64,000 nucleotides of DNA from an uncultured Nitrososphaerota archaeon (GTDB lineage: Archaea > Thermoproteota > Nitrososphaeria > Nitrososphaerales > Nitrosopumilaceae). The stretch lies in contig OY969559.1 of NCBI GenBank assembly GCA_963701075.1, forward strand, positions 1,632,001-1,696,000. The letters run 5' to 3'. Positions 20,038-30,881 of this stretch are shown in pieces (positions within the stretch are counted from its first letter, which is position 1; every line of letters starts with the position of its first letter). A program made the position numbers and the translations under genes. The notes beneath the pieces are model-generated. The model made no database searches. It was not told the origin of the DNA and worked only from the letters and a program-made list of their open reading frames with translations.

Positions 20038-21843
20038 GTGACTGAATACGAAGGACTGCGAACCGCAGATATTGTTGTCGAAGGTTTGCTTCGATGGGGA
20101 GTTGAAGTAATTTTTGGATTGCCTGGTGACGGAATTAATGGAGTATTCGAGGCATTACGACGCCGCAAAGAAAAGATCAAGTTCATTTTAGTCAGACATG
20201 AAGAGTCTGCAGCTTTTATGGCATGTGCATATGCCAAATACACAGGCAAGCTTGGTGCGTGTGTTGTAACCTCTGGACCAGGTGCCACACATCTTCTAAC
20301 GGGATTGTATGATGCCAAAGCTGATGGAGCACCAGTAATTGCAATCACTGGAAATACCTACTCGGATATGATGGGCTCCAAGTATCAACAAGACATCAAT
20401 CTCTTACAGCTGTTTTCAGATGTTACAGTTTACAATAACATGATAAATGGTCCTGAACATGCTGAATCTGTAATAGACATTGCATGCAGGGATGCTCTTG
20501 CGTTAAGGGGAGTAAGCCACATCACAATTCCAATTGACATTCAAGAAAGGAAACTAAAAGGAGAATATACAAGACATAATGTTGGCGGTCATACCGCACA
20601 TCTTCTTTCTCCAACAACAGCCAACAGGGTTCCAGACACAAGATTGCTTGAGAAAGCAGCAACAATTCTCAATTCCGGAAACAAGATAGTTTTACTGGTA
20701 GGACAAGGGGCTTTGAATGCAGGCGATGAGGTGATTGCAACTGCCAGAAAGCTTTCTGCCCCTGTAGTAAAGGCACTACTTGGCAAGGCAGTCATTTCTG
20801 ACGATGATCCTTACAACATTGGTGGTCTTGGTCTTCTTGGAACCGAACCGGCAAGCGATGCAATGGTTCAAGCAGACACTCTGTTAATGGTTGGCACATC
20901 TTTTCCGTATATGGAATATCTGCCGAAGCCTGGAAGTGTAAGAGGGATACAGATCGATATATTTCCAGACAGGATTGGCTTGCGGTATCCTGTAGAGGTG
21001 GGGCTTGTGGGAGATGCAAAACTAACCCTTGTAAAGCTGTTACCACTTTTACGTCAAAAAGATGACAAGTTTCTCAAATCAAAGCAAGAGGCAATGAAAA
21101 AGTGGAACAAGCTGATGCATTCGTCTAATCCTTCTGCCAAACCAATCAAGCCACAATTAATTGCAACGGCAGTCTCGGAAGAATTAGCTGATAATGCAAT
21201 AATTTCAGCGGATAGTGGAACCAATACAATCTGGGCTGCACGTCACATCGATCTCAGAAAGGGGATGAAGTTCTCGTTATCAGGCACTCTTGGTTCCATG
21301 GCATGCGGACTGCCATACGCAATAGCAGCACAGATTGCATTTCCAGACAGGCAGTCAGTGGCATTTGTAGGAGATGGTGGATTTACCATGCTAATGGGTG
21401 AATTTGCTACCGCTGTGAAATATGATCTGCCGATCAAAGTAATCATAATCAAAAATGACATTTTGGGAATGATAAGATGGGAACAGATGGCATTTCTTGG
21501 AAATCCTGAATATGGCATAGAGTTTGCTCCAATTGATTTTGCAAAGTTTGCCGAAGCTTGTGGTGGCAAAGGTTATTCAATAAGAGAGCCAAGTGAAATT
21601 AAAAATGTGATTCATGAAGCCATGTCACAAACTAAACCAACTATTGTAGAAGCATACGTAGATCCGTTTGAACCTCCAATGCCTCCAAAGGTTGACATGA
21701 AATTCGTGAAAAATATGGCAGAGTCGTTTGCAAAGGGGCAGCCATATGCAAAAAGAATAGGATTGACAATTTTCAGAGATCAAGTACACGAGAAACTTGG
21801 AAAGATTCACAGTGACTCGGAAAAGAAATCAAAACAAGTTTGA
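20038..21843 (+). CDS. poxB: TPP-dependent pyruvate oxidase/dehydrogenase family enzyme
   Basis: IFGLPGDGIN, RHEESAAFMA, TSGPGATH, GDGGFTM..KNDILG TPP motif, DPFEPPMPP. Confidence 0.8.
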   Translation: MTEYEGLRTADIVVEGLLRWGVEVIFGLPGDGINGVFEALRRRKEKIKFILVRHEESAAFMACAYAKYTGKLGACVVTSGPGATHLLTGLYDAKADGAPVIAITGNTYSDMMGSKYQQDINLLQLFSDVTVYNNMINGPEHAESVIDIACRDALALRGVSHITIPIDIQERKLKGEYTRHNVGGHTAHLLSPTTANRVPDTRLLEKAATILNSGNKIVLLVGQGALNAGDEVIATARKLSAPVVKALLGKAVISDDDPYNIGGLGLLGTEPASDAMVQADTLLMVGTSFPYMEYLPKPGSVRGIQIDIFPDRIGLRYPVEVGLVGDAKLTLVKLLPLLRQKDDKFLKSKQEAMKKWNKLMHSSNPSAKPIKPQLIATAVSEELADNAIISADSGTNTIWAARHIDLRKGMKFSLSGTLGSMACGLPYAIAAQIAFPDRQSVAFVGDGGFTMLMGEFATAVKYDLPIKVIIIKNDILGMIRWEQMAFLGNPEYGIEFAPIDFAKFAEACGGKGYSIREPSEIKNVIHEAMSQTKPTIVEAYVDPFEPPMPPKVDMKFVKNMAESFAKGQPYAKRIGLTIFRDQVHEKLGKIHSDSEKKSKQV

Positions 21844-21892
21844 ATCTACATAAATTATTGCCTTTTCTGCAAGAGAAATAGATGGAAAGTGA

Positions 21893-22468
21893 TTAGAATC
21901 CTGTGGCAAAGTTTGCCATCATATAGATAATTACGATTTGGAGCACAACCTGGCTTACAACTACTTTGAGATATCTTCTTGTCCATTTCTGAATTTTTTC
22001 TAAATTCGGCTCCGTCTTTCTGATCTCAAAATAGATACGAAGATTTGTAGGCAAAAGTATTCCAAGACCTTGCACTGTCATGGCTATGACAATAATCACT
22101 ACGGCAGAAATCCAGTAAACCGTGGGTGTACTGTATGTGAAAAGCCCCATCTTTGCAGCAAGGTAATAGCCAGCAGTACTTGTCACTGCGGTAACGGTAC
22201 TCATGTAAAAGACCATCTTTGGCATCAGCCATGAGATGATCTCTTTTCTGGTTTGGAGGGTAACATGCCTGAATATGGGGCCCAGCATGAATCCCATGAA
22301 AATGTCTGTTCCAGTCCACATGATTGCAGTGAAGACGTGAACATAATTCATCAAAAGGAAATTGCCAGTGAAAATTGCTACTAGCAGGACACCTATTGGT
22401 ATCGCTACCCACAAGTTTGCACGTAAGGAAATGGAAGGAGGCTGCGATAAATTTGGGTTGGCGCTCAA
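21893..22468 (-). CDS. Hypothetical membrane protein
   Basis: About five TM segments, NYVHVF motif. Confidence 0.75.
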   Translation of the reverse strand: MSANPNLSQPPSISLRANLWVAIPIGVLLVAIFTGNFLLMNYVHVFTAIMWTGTDIFMGFMLGPIFRHVTLQTRKEIISWLMPKMVFYMSTVTAVTSTAGYYLAAKMGLFTYSTPTVYWISAVVIIVIAMTVQGLGILLPTNLRIYFEIRKTEPNLEKIQKWTRRYLKVVVSQVVLQIVIIYMMANFATGF

Positions 22469-22651
22469 TTTACTTGACCACTAGAACTGGTACCATGTTT
22501 TGCTGTTAAGGTCTTTGCTTCATTCATGAAATCCGTAGCTTGTTAATTTCTATTAGTGGATATTAGTCCAGATCAGAGGTCTTACAGGACTCGAGAACAT
22601 TAATCATGAAGTTTATCTAGAGAATTTCGGGTTTACTGGCATAATTCATGC

Positions 22652-22843
22652 CTAATCTCCACCAGTAGTGTCGCAAGCGCATAATCCATATTCGTCAATC
22701 CTGCTTTTGCAGACGGCACAATCTTCTCCATAATATACCTCCCACGGCTCCTTCAAAAATGCACGAAAATGTTCATCAATTTCCTTTGGAATTAGATTTT
22801 TTTCCCTTTCCAGTTCTGTTGTCAATGACCCTTTTGCAGCCAT
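22652..22843 (-). CDS. Small Cys-cluster protein
   Basis: CAVCKSRIDEYGLCAC. Confidence 0.6.
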   Translation of the reverse strand: MAAKGSLTTELEREKNLIPKEIDEHFRAFLKEPWEVYYGEDCAVCKSRIDEYGLCACDTTGGD

Positions 22844-23036
22844 AACTGACCTCTTTTACTTGCCGAGTTATTAAAAAACAGATTATGATTATCATAGTTA
22901 GGAATCATAAATTGAGGTTTTCAGAGGCTATTCATCGAAGTATGATGACGCTCTAACCAAATCAAGACCTTTATTGTAGTAAGGCAAGGTTATGCGTCAC
23001 ACAAGAAATTTGAATTAAACCAAGACTGAGTCAGTT

Positions 23037-23804
23037 TTATTTGTCAAAACCTAACAAGTATCCTCGTAACAATTGTATGGCCATTGCTGGATCTACCCCT
23101 TTTGGGCAGACATGACTACACGTTCCAGCAAAGTGGCATCTCCATATGCCATGCGATTCATCGACAACCTTCAACCTCTCTTTTTTTCCGTTGTCCCTAC
23201 TGTCTGCAACATAACGATAGGCTTGTGCCAGACCCTGTGGTCCAATAAATGATTTGTCTGTTGCCATAGTGGGGCATCCTGAATTACACAAACCACATTT
23301 GATGCAATAAGAAAATTGTAGGTATTTTTCTACATCTTGTGGAGTTTGTAAAAATTCTTTCTTTCCAGATTCCAATTCCGAGTCATCACTAATTATGTAC
23401 GGCTTCATTCTTTTATGTGTAGAAAACATTTGTTTGAAATCAACAGCCAGATCTCTTATCACGGGAAAATTAAACATGGGCTCAACTATAACAGTATCAG
23501 AGTCTAACTCTGATATTTTTGTATAACAGGCAAGTCGTGGATAGCCATTTATTCTCATTCCGCAAGAGCCACATGATGCCTGCCTGCAGGAATATCTCAC
23601 TCCAACAGAGTGATCCAAATTTTGTTTGACATAGAGAATCGCATCCAATACAGTTGTCCACTTTTGAACAGGAATCTTGTATTCACCAAATTTTGGCAAT
23701 ACATCTGTGTTCGGATTGAATTGCGATATTTTCAGAGTTATCGTTTTAGTTGTGCTTGATGCAGCCAATTCATCTGATTTTGATGATGCTAAAACTTCTG
23801 CCAA
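23037..23804 (-). CDS. sdhB: Succinate dehydrogenase/fumarate reductase Fe-S subunit
   Basis: SCRQASCGSCG, CIKCGLCNSGCP, CHFAGTCSHVCP clusters. Confidence 0.93.
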   Translation of the reverse strand: MAEVLASSKSDELAASSTTKTITLKISQFNPNTDVLPKFGEYKIPVQKWTTVLDAILYVKQNLDHSVGVRYSCRQASCGSCGMRINGYPRLACYTKISELDSDTVIVEPMFNFPVIRDLAVDFKQMFSTHKRMKPYIISDDSELESGKKEFLQTPQDVEKYLQFSYCIKCGLCNSGCPTMATDKSFIGPQGLAQAYRYVADSRDNGKKERLKVVDESHGIWRCHFAGTCSHVCPKGVDPAMAIQLLRGYLLGFDK

Positions 23805-24004
23805 TCAAAACTCCTACCATTTGGCATGGTTACATGATGAGTTTTGCGATTATTATTGTTTTAGAATACAAAATCAATTAATCTAATCTCTGTTTGAAAT
23901 TTTTTCTTACTGTTAAATTGCACTTGATTTCAATCACTAAAAATCACAATTCCAAGATTGATAATCATGTAAGAAGTTTAATACCGAAACTCCGTATTCA
24001 ACAC

Positions 24005-24433
24005 ATGCTTCAAAACAGATTCAAGAAGATTCTTGTGGCCCTAGATGGATCCATGCATTCCAGAAGAGGCCTTAACGAGGCAATATCACTTGCACGCCAG
24101 TCTGATGCAACTATAACTGCCATACATGTGATACCAGGTTTCCCAAAGACCTTTGGAACATCAAAGAAAGTGGAAAATCAAATGATGAAAAAAGTTAGAA
24201 CATTCATTGAAGATGCAAGAATTAATGCTGGTAGACACGGACTAGAGTTTGAAGAAAGGATTGTTCGATCAAACGATACAGTAGCGGCAATTTCAAATCA
24301 TGCTAAAACAGGAAAATACGACATTGTAATCGTAGGCTCAAGAGGTCAAGGTGCCCCAAAATCTGAATATTTTGGCAGTGTGGCAAATGGCATTCTCCAT
24401 GACTGCAGAACACCAGTACTTCTTGTAAAGTAA
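24005..24433 (+). CDS. Universal stress protein
   Basis: FKKILVALDGS, DIVIVGSRG, FGSVANGILHDCRTPVLLVK; ATG at 24005. Confidence 0.92.
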   Translation: MLQNRFKKILVALDGSMHSRRGLNEAISLARQSDATITAIHVIPGFPKTFGTSKKVENQMMKKVRTFIEDARINAGRHGLEFEERIVRSNDTVAAISNHAKTGKYDIVIVGSRGQGAPKSEYFGSVANGILHDCRTPVLLVK

Positions 24434-24550
24434 AATTTGAATTAAATGCCCTAATGCACCAAAGAGGTCTGAATAATCCATTTTATTTTGTGATTATCAA
24501 AGTTAATACCCAAATTTTCATTTTAAATAAGAATAAATGGTATTCTTGGC

Positions 24551-25207
24551 ATGCCTTCCACTAAATCAAAAATTCACGTCCCAGATGGTTCTGACAGCAT
24601 CCTGGCAGAAATAGAGCTCCTGAAATCAAAGAGAAAGAAAATCGAAAAGGATTTTGAACGACTACGCAGCAAACTTCTTAACAGAAAAAAAGTATACAAA
24701 ATCAATTCATCCAATTGGGAGGATTGGAAAAAGTTAAGCATTGAATACGATGAAATCGAACAAATCATGAAGGATATCGATGAAAAGCTACTAACTTTAA
24801 AAGGGCTCCAAGAAAAACTTCTAAAAAAACATATAAAATCAATCAATGAGACAAAAACTATCAAAATAAAGCGAGTATATGAAAAATACAAAAAAGACGA
24901 TGGTTTTAGAATATTAATAGACAGGTTATGGCCACGAGGTTTAAGCAAAAACAAATCAAAAGTGGATTTATGGTTAAAAGATATTGCTCCAAGTGATGAA
25001 TTGAGAAAGTGGTTCTCTCATGATCCTAAAAAATGGGATGATTTTAAAATGAAATACAAAAAAGAATTGAAAAGTAAACTAGAGCTAATTAGGAAGGTTG
25101 AACAAATAGAAAAAGAGAAAGGAATTGTTACGCTTCTCTACTCTGCAAAAGACGAAGAACACAACAACGCAATGGTTCTGAAGGAGATCCTAAAAAACAG
25201 AAAATGA
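24551..25207 (+). CDS. DUF488/YeaO-family protein with N-terminal coiled coil
   Basis: [44 protein letters not shown]. Confidence 0.88.
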   Translation: MPSTKSKIHVPDGSDSILAEIELLKSKRKKIEKDFERLRSKLLNRKKVYKINSSNWEDWKKLSIEYDEIEQIMKDIDEKLLTLKGLQEKLLKKHIKSINETKTIKIKRVYEKYKKDDGFRILIDRLWPRGLSKNKSKVDLWLKDIAPSDELRKWFSHDPKKWDDFKMKYKKELKSKLELIRKVEQIEKEKGIVTLLYSAKDEEHNNAMVLKEILKNRK

Positions 25208-25323
25208 CAAGTTGACTGATATTATCAAGAATTGCAGAACCGTTTGCAATCAATTGTAATCATAATTATCAAGGATAGGAACATTATTCTCTGTTTATAT
25301 CCGATGTGTACTTGAGTTGATCA

Positions 25324-25488
25324 TTGACTGCCATCGATCTCAATAAAGAAGAAATTAAGATACTCATTGCAATAATGAAATTTTCAATAGACGCTTGTCC
25401 ATTGGGTAGTGTTAGTCAGGAGTTTGAGATTGATGCAGAAAAGCTTGAGAAGTTAATTGCAAAGATGGAGAAGGGGTTACAATCGTAA
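25324..25488 (+). CDS. 54-aa 'ACP-motif' small protein (absent from ORF track)
   Basis: MTAIDLNKEEIKILIAIMKFSIDACPLGSVSQEFEIDAEKLEKLIAKMEKGLQS; close paralogue at 57549-57722. Confidence 0.75.
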   Translation: MTAIDLNKEEIKILIAIMKFSIDACPLGSVSQEFEIDAEKLEKLIAKMEKGLQS

Positions 25489-25952
25489 ACCGCGTCTTGA
25501 ATCCAAAAAAGCCTTGTTGATTATCAAACTTGAAAATCTACATCCTTCTTTAAGTTCAAAATCTGTTCAATAGTATTGGCAAGGACGCAATTACCAAAGT
25601 ATTTCAGGTATTGGCTATTTTAAAAGCGTCCGAGCCAAATTTAAGATAAAATAAGAAATACACTCGCTTGCATTTTCTTGCATTGTATTTAATATGACGG
25701 GTGTAAATTAAGATCAAGTCAGGGGTTACTGGCGTCAACTCCCCGTTGATAAACCACTATTAGTTTTATGAACCCCTGGACTGAATCATCTCATTATTCG
25801 GACAGGTTTGATCAAAGAAGTTTGACTCCCTTCTGATCCTTGACCAATTATGTATCGTAGTTTTACTTGCGAGTTTCCCCATCCTTCTCTTGTATCTACT
25901 TTTGTATCGTCTCTTTTCTTTCACATGATGTTTGCGTTTCTTCATGGACAGT

Positions 25953-26177
25953 TTAGATGAAATTACTATAGGTAGCATCAGATTTCTTTATTTCTATCCT
26001 TGCCCCGTCCTTGCCATACATGTAAAGTTTGCCAGATTCTTCTCCAGCGGTTTTTTTATGCGAGCCGTCGCAGAATGGTTGATTTTTACTTAAACCACAC
26101 ATGCAAATCCACTTTGATTCATTTCCTACTTTGATTTCCATTGGACCAGTAGCATCTTTCTTAACCAATCTTGTCAT
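25953..26177 (-). CDS. CDGSH iron-sulfur domain protein
   Basis: CMCGLSKNQPFCDGSH. Confidence 0.92.
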   Translation of the reverse strand: MTRLVKKDATGPMEIKVGNESKWICMCGLSKNQPFCDGSHKKTAGEESGKLYMYGKDGARIEIKKSDATYSNFI

Positions 26178-26268
26178 TTCTATAGTTGGTGTTAGTATTA
26201 ATCAGATAAAAATTACACCCTAGTTCTTACAAGGCATCTGCCATCTGGTCGTATTTTCAGCCCTGTTT

Positions 26269-26502
26269 TTAACAATCTAACTTGACTGCATTTGACAGAT
26301 CATCTGGTTTCTGTTCGTGCAGTGTCATCGACTCTAGCATTTTCTGAAGTATTTTCTGAATCATCCTGTGGTCAATTTTTACATGTTCATTCATCTCAGA
26401 GATTGGACAGGCAGTACTGCAGAAATTCAAGATTGAGATGATTGTTTCTGCCTCATCCTCTTCTAAACCAACTTGGATCTTAGCAGGTGATCGTGCAGAC
26501 AT
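26269..26502 (-). CDS. Small 'ACP-motif' protein, distant paralogue
   Basis: LEEDEAETIISILNFCSTACPISEM..ID..IQKILQKM. Confidence 0.6.
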   Translation of the reverse strand: MSARSPAKIQVGLEEDEAETIISILNFCSTACPISEMNEHVKIDHRMIQKILQKMLESMTLHEQKPDDLSNAVKLDC

Positions 26503-26675
26503 GAATATGTTAATCCCTTCATAGAATTTAAGACGAAAAGACGATTCCTAACTATGATAATGACATACAAAAATATCGAGTTGATACTTTTGATGGGTAT
26601 TGCAACATTAGTTGAAAACCCTCGGGGGAATTGATTAGTTAGTTTAGTGCCTCTTTAAAGATGATCAGCCCAAAT

Positions 26676-26891
26676 TTATAATAGATCAAGAAATTCTTTC
26701 TTGGTAAGACCGCAATCAGATATTATTTTCAATAATAATCCTTTGCCAAGTTCATTTTTTCGCGGAATTGCAGTCCAGACGCCTTCTCCGTTTTCTACTA
26801 TAATGTGACTGCCAGATTGTCTTGTTGCATAAAATCCCTTTTTTCTTAATGCTTTGAGAACTTCTCTCCAACCTAGTACTGGTAGGCTCAA
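26676..26891 (-). CDS. hicA: HicA toxin
   Basis: REVLKALRKKGF..RQSGSHII..ELGKGLLLKII. Confidence 0.88.
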   Translation of the reverse strand: MSLPVLGWREVLKALRKKGFYATRQSGSHIIVENGEGVWTAIPRKNELGKGLLLKIISDCGLTKKEFLDLL

Positions 26892-27095
26892 ACTGAAACA
26901 GTTACCAGATTAGAAGACTTTCTTTTTTTATCTTCCAAATAAGACAGGCAGAGCTTGATAGCTTCTTTTGTATCCTTTATTGCCTCAGATTTGGTGTTTC
27001 CCTGTCCCCTCAGCTTGAGGTATTTCAAGGCAATATCCAACATAGAATTTACCATCTTTTTTTATTATCATGTTGTAATCTCTTCTTTGTGCCAT
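26888..27095 (-). pseudogene. hicB: HicB antitoxin with +1 frameshift near 27011
   Basis: FYVGYCLEIPQA then (R)GQGNTKSEAIKDTKEAIKLCL in the next frame; span 208 nt = 3n+1. Confidence 0.82.
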
Positions 27096-27317
27096 GAGTT
27101 ATTGTAGTTGTTTTATTATATAAAACTGATACTTTTGAATTCACATGCCAGTTGATTAGGAAATTTCTCAATAGTTTAGTTCTCTGCAAAAACCAAAATT
27201 ATCTTGAGGGGCCTTGTCTATTTAGATTAATTCCCCACTTTAAAACATGAACAAGTTGATTTTAGATTCGAGTCTAAAATAAAACTACACTGGGACTTAG
27301 GATGACCTCAATTAACA

Positions 27318-28631
27318 TTAGTTTTCCGGTGTATCTTTTTGCCGGTACTTGGCCCATGCATTATTGATTGTGAAGACTAGCTGCTTGCCTACAATATGTT
27401 CCATCCATGTCGGTATGAAAAATTTCCTGTTGGGCGAAAAATATCGATAAAATTTTTCACTATCAATCTCGTCGTTGTCAAGCACACTTTTTGCAGCAAA
27501 ATCTCCGCAGAATGTGGCCCATGGCAGACCAACGCACCCAAGCACAAAGTGAGTCCAGGGTCTAGTAGGATCTCGGAGTACAGTAGGAATGAGATCTCTT
27601 GTCATGTCTATGCGACCCTGCCAATATTGGATAAATCTCAAATTCCTAATTGATGGAATTTTTTCTTTTAAATTGTTTATCACTCGATTTACGACTCGAG
27701 TAGTTGTGGTGTCATTTTTTGCATACGTCGTTAGCATATCTCCTCCGCCAACTAACAACCGCTTTGTTCCAGTTAGCCTAAAATAAGTATAGACAAGATC
27801 AGAATCCCAGCACTGCAACGGCCCTTGTGGGAAGAGATTTGCAATATCATCGTCCCCTAACGGTTCACTGATAGAGAGAAAAGTCTGCGCATGATACACA
27901 TCTTCAGAGTATTTCGTTATCTCTTTTTTTGGCTTGTCAATGCAAAAGATGATCTTGTCTGCAGTGGCAGATCCAAGATGTGTGTGTACCGTATGGTCGT
28001 CATAGGAGAGCACTTCGGAGGATTCATAGATTTCTACCCCCTTGTCCAGGAGAACCTCCTTTATTCCCTGGGCATAAAGGAGGGGGTTTACCCCATATGT
28101 TCCAGTGTACCGAATTGCTCCAGAGTATGCCTTTGAACCAAGAACAGATGGAACCTCGGGTTCTGTGTATACCATGCTAGAATACCCAAGATTCTTACGT
28201 GCCTCTACCTCGTCTTGGACGTCTTTCCATCCGCTTGCACCTTTTCCTATGAAAAGACAATCCTGTGTCTGAAGATCGCATTCTATTTTGTGCTCTTTGA
28301 TGTTGGATACCATTATTTCTACTCCCTTTGCAGCAACTTCCCACAAATCTCTTGCACCCGCGATACCGTACTTGCGTAACAATTGGGATAGCTCAAGCTC
28401 GCTGTCCGGAGTCAAAAAACCCGCACTCTTGCCTGTTGAGCTTCCACCACAAATATTTTTGTCAATTAAAACAACTTTACTTCCAGAACTTGCAAGTCTG
28501 AGCGCAGCTGCAAGGCCTGATGCACCTGCACCTACAACCAAGACATCTGTCTTGATGTCCCCCTTTAGTGGAGGTCTAATAGGTTCCTTTACTCCCATAA
28601 GAGTAGTGAACCACCAATCCTGTAATATCAT
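27318..28631 (-). CDS. FAD-dependent oxidoreductase (DAO/PuuB-like)
   Basis: DVLVVGAGASG, GGSSTGKSAGF. Confidence 0.85.
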   Translation of the reverse strand: MILQDWWFTTLMGVKEPIRPPLKGDIKTDVLVVGAGASGLAAALRLASSGSKVVLIDKNICGGSSTGKSAGFLTPDSELELSQLLRKYGIAGARDLWEVAAKGVEIMVSNIKEHKIECDLQTQDCLFIGKGASGWKDVQDEVEARKNLGYSSMVYTEPEVPSVLGSKAYSGAIRYTGTYGVNPLLYAQGIKEVLLDKGVEIYESSEVLSYDDHTVHTHLGSATADKIIFCIDKPKKEITKYSEDVYHAQTFLSISEPLGDDDIANLFPQGPLQCWDSDLVYTYFRLTGTKRLLVGGGDMLTTYAKNDTTTTRVVNRVINNLKEKIPSIRNLRFIQYWQGRIDMTRDLIPTVLRDPTRPWTHFVLGCVGLPWATFCGDFAAKSVLDNDEIDSEKFYRYFSPNRKFFIPTWMEHIVGKQLVFTINNAWAKYRQKDTPEN

Positions 28632-28881
28632 AAATTCTCAGGTGCCATACGCTAGACATTGACACTATTTGTGTCATGGTAATTCTCATTTTTACTGGAT
28701 TAATGAATTCAAATGGTTGCAAAATATTGCGGGAATTGTTCATGATTTTGAAGAATATCTTTTACTGTATTGATCTTCAGATTCACATCACTCTAGCTTT
28801 GTAAGGACAAACAATGGGAACCTGTTTGCCTTGTGTATATAGGTCTCTTGCCAGAATTTATGCAAAAAAATAGAGCGGCCT

Positions 28882-29475
28882 TCATACATATTTCATTATT
28901 TTGTGTCTGAATGCCATCCATACTAAAAATGCAATAATTATGCCTGCCATGGCATCTTCCAGTATTGGGAAGACCGCCCTTTCGTTACTGGATATGTTTT
29001 GAGGCGGCTGCACTATGTTGACAGGTCCTGATGGCTGGGGGTTTTCATAGACATTGGTATCGTATGACACAGCAAGGTTCTTGTCTGCTATCTTCTCAAG
29101 ACTGATGGTTACAGGTCCTGCGTGGTCAAAGGCAAAATATTTGTAATCTCCGGCCTGGGTCGTGGTTCCAGAGATTCTTGCAAGTTCCTTGCCATCTTGC
29201 GATATCACAAATTGATAATCCACCATGGGTGTTATGGCACCTGTTTGACCGGTGTAGAATTGAAAGATGAACATGATTTTTTTATCAGTTACCATATGGT
29301 GTGGCTCCCACGACATGTCAGCTTCATACTGACCGTCTGGCGTATACGCAATTATTGGAAATTCTGAATTCGTTGCGTTTGCGCCAGCTGTGCCGGTTTG
29401 TATTGGGTATAGCTGACCATACGCTACCGGTCCGCAAAGAACTGCCAATATGGAAATAACTAGCAACCATTTCAT
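28882..29475 (-). CDS. Secreted, C-terminally anchored protein
   Basis: Signal peptide, VDYQFVISQDGKE, C-terminal TM. Confidence 0.75.
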   Translation of the reverse strand: MKWLLVISILAVLCGPVAYGQLYPIQTGTAGANATNSEFPIIAYTPDGQYEADMSWEPHHMVTDKKIMFIFQFYTGQTGAITPMVDYQFVISQDGKELARISGTTTQAGDYKYFAFDHAGPVTISLEKIADKNLAVSYDTNVYENPQPSGPVNIVQPPQNISSNERAVFPILEDAMAGIIIAFLVWMAFRHKIMKYV

Positions 29476-29924
29476 GCCTTTTCATCAAATATCTTGGTTA
29501 TCACTGGCTTTTGCCAGCGTTGTTTTTCATTAGTATGAAAAGTGTCTTCTAGATATTTACAGATTCAGCTTCATTCTCAAAACAATTGCAATATTTTGCA
29601 ATTTGCTTCTGATCGTGGACAATTATACCAATTGATGACTTGCAAATAGATGAACTAGATTGTTAATTTTAAAACCGCAAGGAACAGAGAATGTTAAATC
29701 ATATTTTCTACAACATAACTTGGAACCTAAAATAGGACTATATTGTAGCGCTACCCCCTCTCGATCCAAACCAAGAAACCTGTATCATTATTATTACAAA
29801 TCAGAGGGTTCAGACATGTAAGAGTTTGAATTTACAGTGATAATGGACTGTTTTTCATTTCTTTTAACTGTCAAAACTGGTAATCCACTTTGCGCTTTAT
29901 ATCCTATGAAGCCCATATGAAATT

Positions 29925-30116
29925 ATGAATAATGAACCTTCAATAGATACAATCTGGTGGGTCATTGAAAAATTTGGAATTCAACGTAAGTTAATTGACC
30001 CACATCAAGATGTTGCTTACCATACTATTCATAATCTGTATTTGACTGTAAAAAATCAGAATTCATCAACCCAAAGAAATAGTGTTAAAATTCAATTAAA
30101 ACAACCGACAAGGTAA
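29925..30116 (+). CDS. Small hypothetical protein
   Basis: 63-aa ORF between two copies of the TTCAGAC(C/A)TGTAAG motif. Confidence 0.4.
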   Translation: MNNEPSIDTIWWVIEKFGIQRKLIDPHQDVAYHTIHNLYLTVKNQNSSTQRNSVKIQLKQPTR

Positions 30117-30202
30117 TAGTTCCAAGAAAAAGCATATTTGTTAGAAACTCGTACCGTACTCGCTAAAATAGTGAATTCAGACCTGTAAGGGTCTACAAGT
30201 GT

Positions 30203-30724
30203 TTAATGACCCATATGCTGGCTTGACTGAAAGTTCATGAATTGTTGTATTGCATTAAGCAATTCAGTGTCGTTTGTAGTAAGAATTAGAATCGAACCAC
30301 CATCAATGTCTTTTATTGAATATTGGATCAAATTCTTCTTTGCGGTCATGACATCAGTGCCGGGAACAACTTGAGCATGAATGTAGAATGGTTTTGTAAA
30401 ATTTCCCTGAGAAAACTCGTATTGTATGTCTTTGACATGAGATCTTATCTCGTTTATGGTCTTTGTGTCACTCATGTTTAATGACATTATCATGATTTGA
30501 CCTCCCGTGGGGGTAGCCATGAAATGATGATGAATCATAGATTGATTGAATCCCATGGCCATGTTGCCACGTTCCAACATGGCAGTTTGGTTGAATCCTG
30601 TTGTTATGTTTGATGTCGTCTCGTTGACGGTAGTAACTTTGGATCCAGTTTGTACAAAATTTATAGCTACCACAATTACGACCAAGATCACTACGCCAAC
30701 CACAATTGGAATTTTTTTATTCAT
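30203..30724 (-). CDS. Membrane-anchored His/Met-rich protein
   Basis: N-terminal TM; MGFNQSMIHHHF and QHMGH. Confidence 0.75.
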   Translation of the reverse strand: MNKKIPIVVGVVILVVIVVAINFVQTGSKVTTVNETTSNITTGFNQTAMLERGNMAMGFNQSMIHHHFMATPTGGQIMIMSLNMSDTKTINEIRSHVKDIQYEFSQGNFTKPFYIHAQVVPGTDVMTAKKNLIQYSIKDIDGGSILILTTNDTELLNAIQQFMNFQSSQHMGH

Positions 30725-30881
30725 GATTTTTTAGAACATTTTTGTATTGTCTGTAGGCAATATCATCATTACTTTTTGTCGTATTGGACTTGAATTCTAA
30801 CCCCCGGTTCAGACCTGTAAGAGCGGACTAGAATAGAAAATATTGATTCTAAAGTTGAGTGACTCTGCATATCTCATTGAA

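Noticed and set aside
29807-30823. Neisseria-type DNA uptake sequence (shares TTCAGAC)
   Set aside because: Only about five copies in 64 kb and the remainder differs
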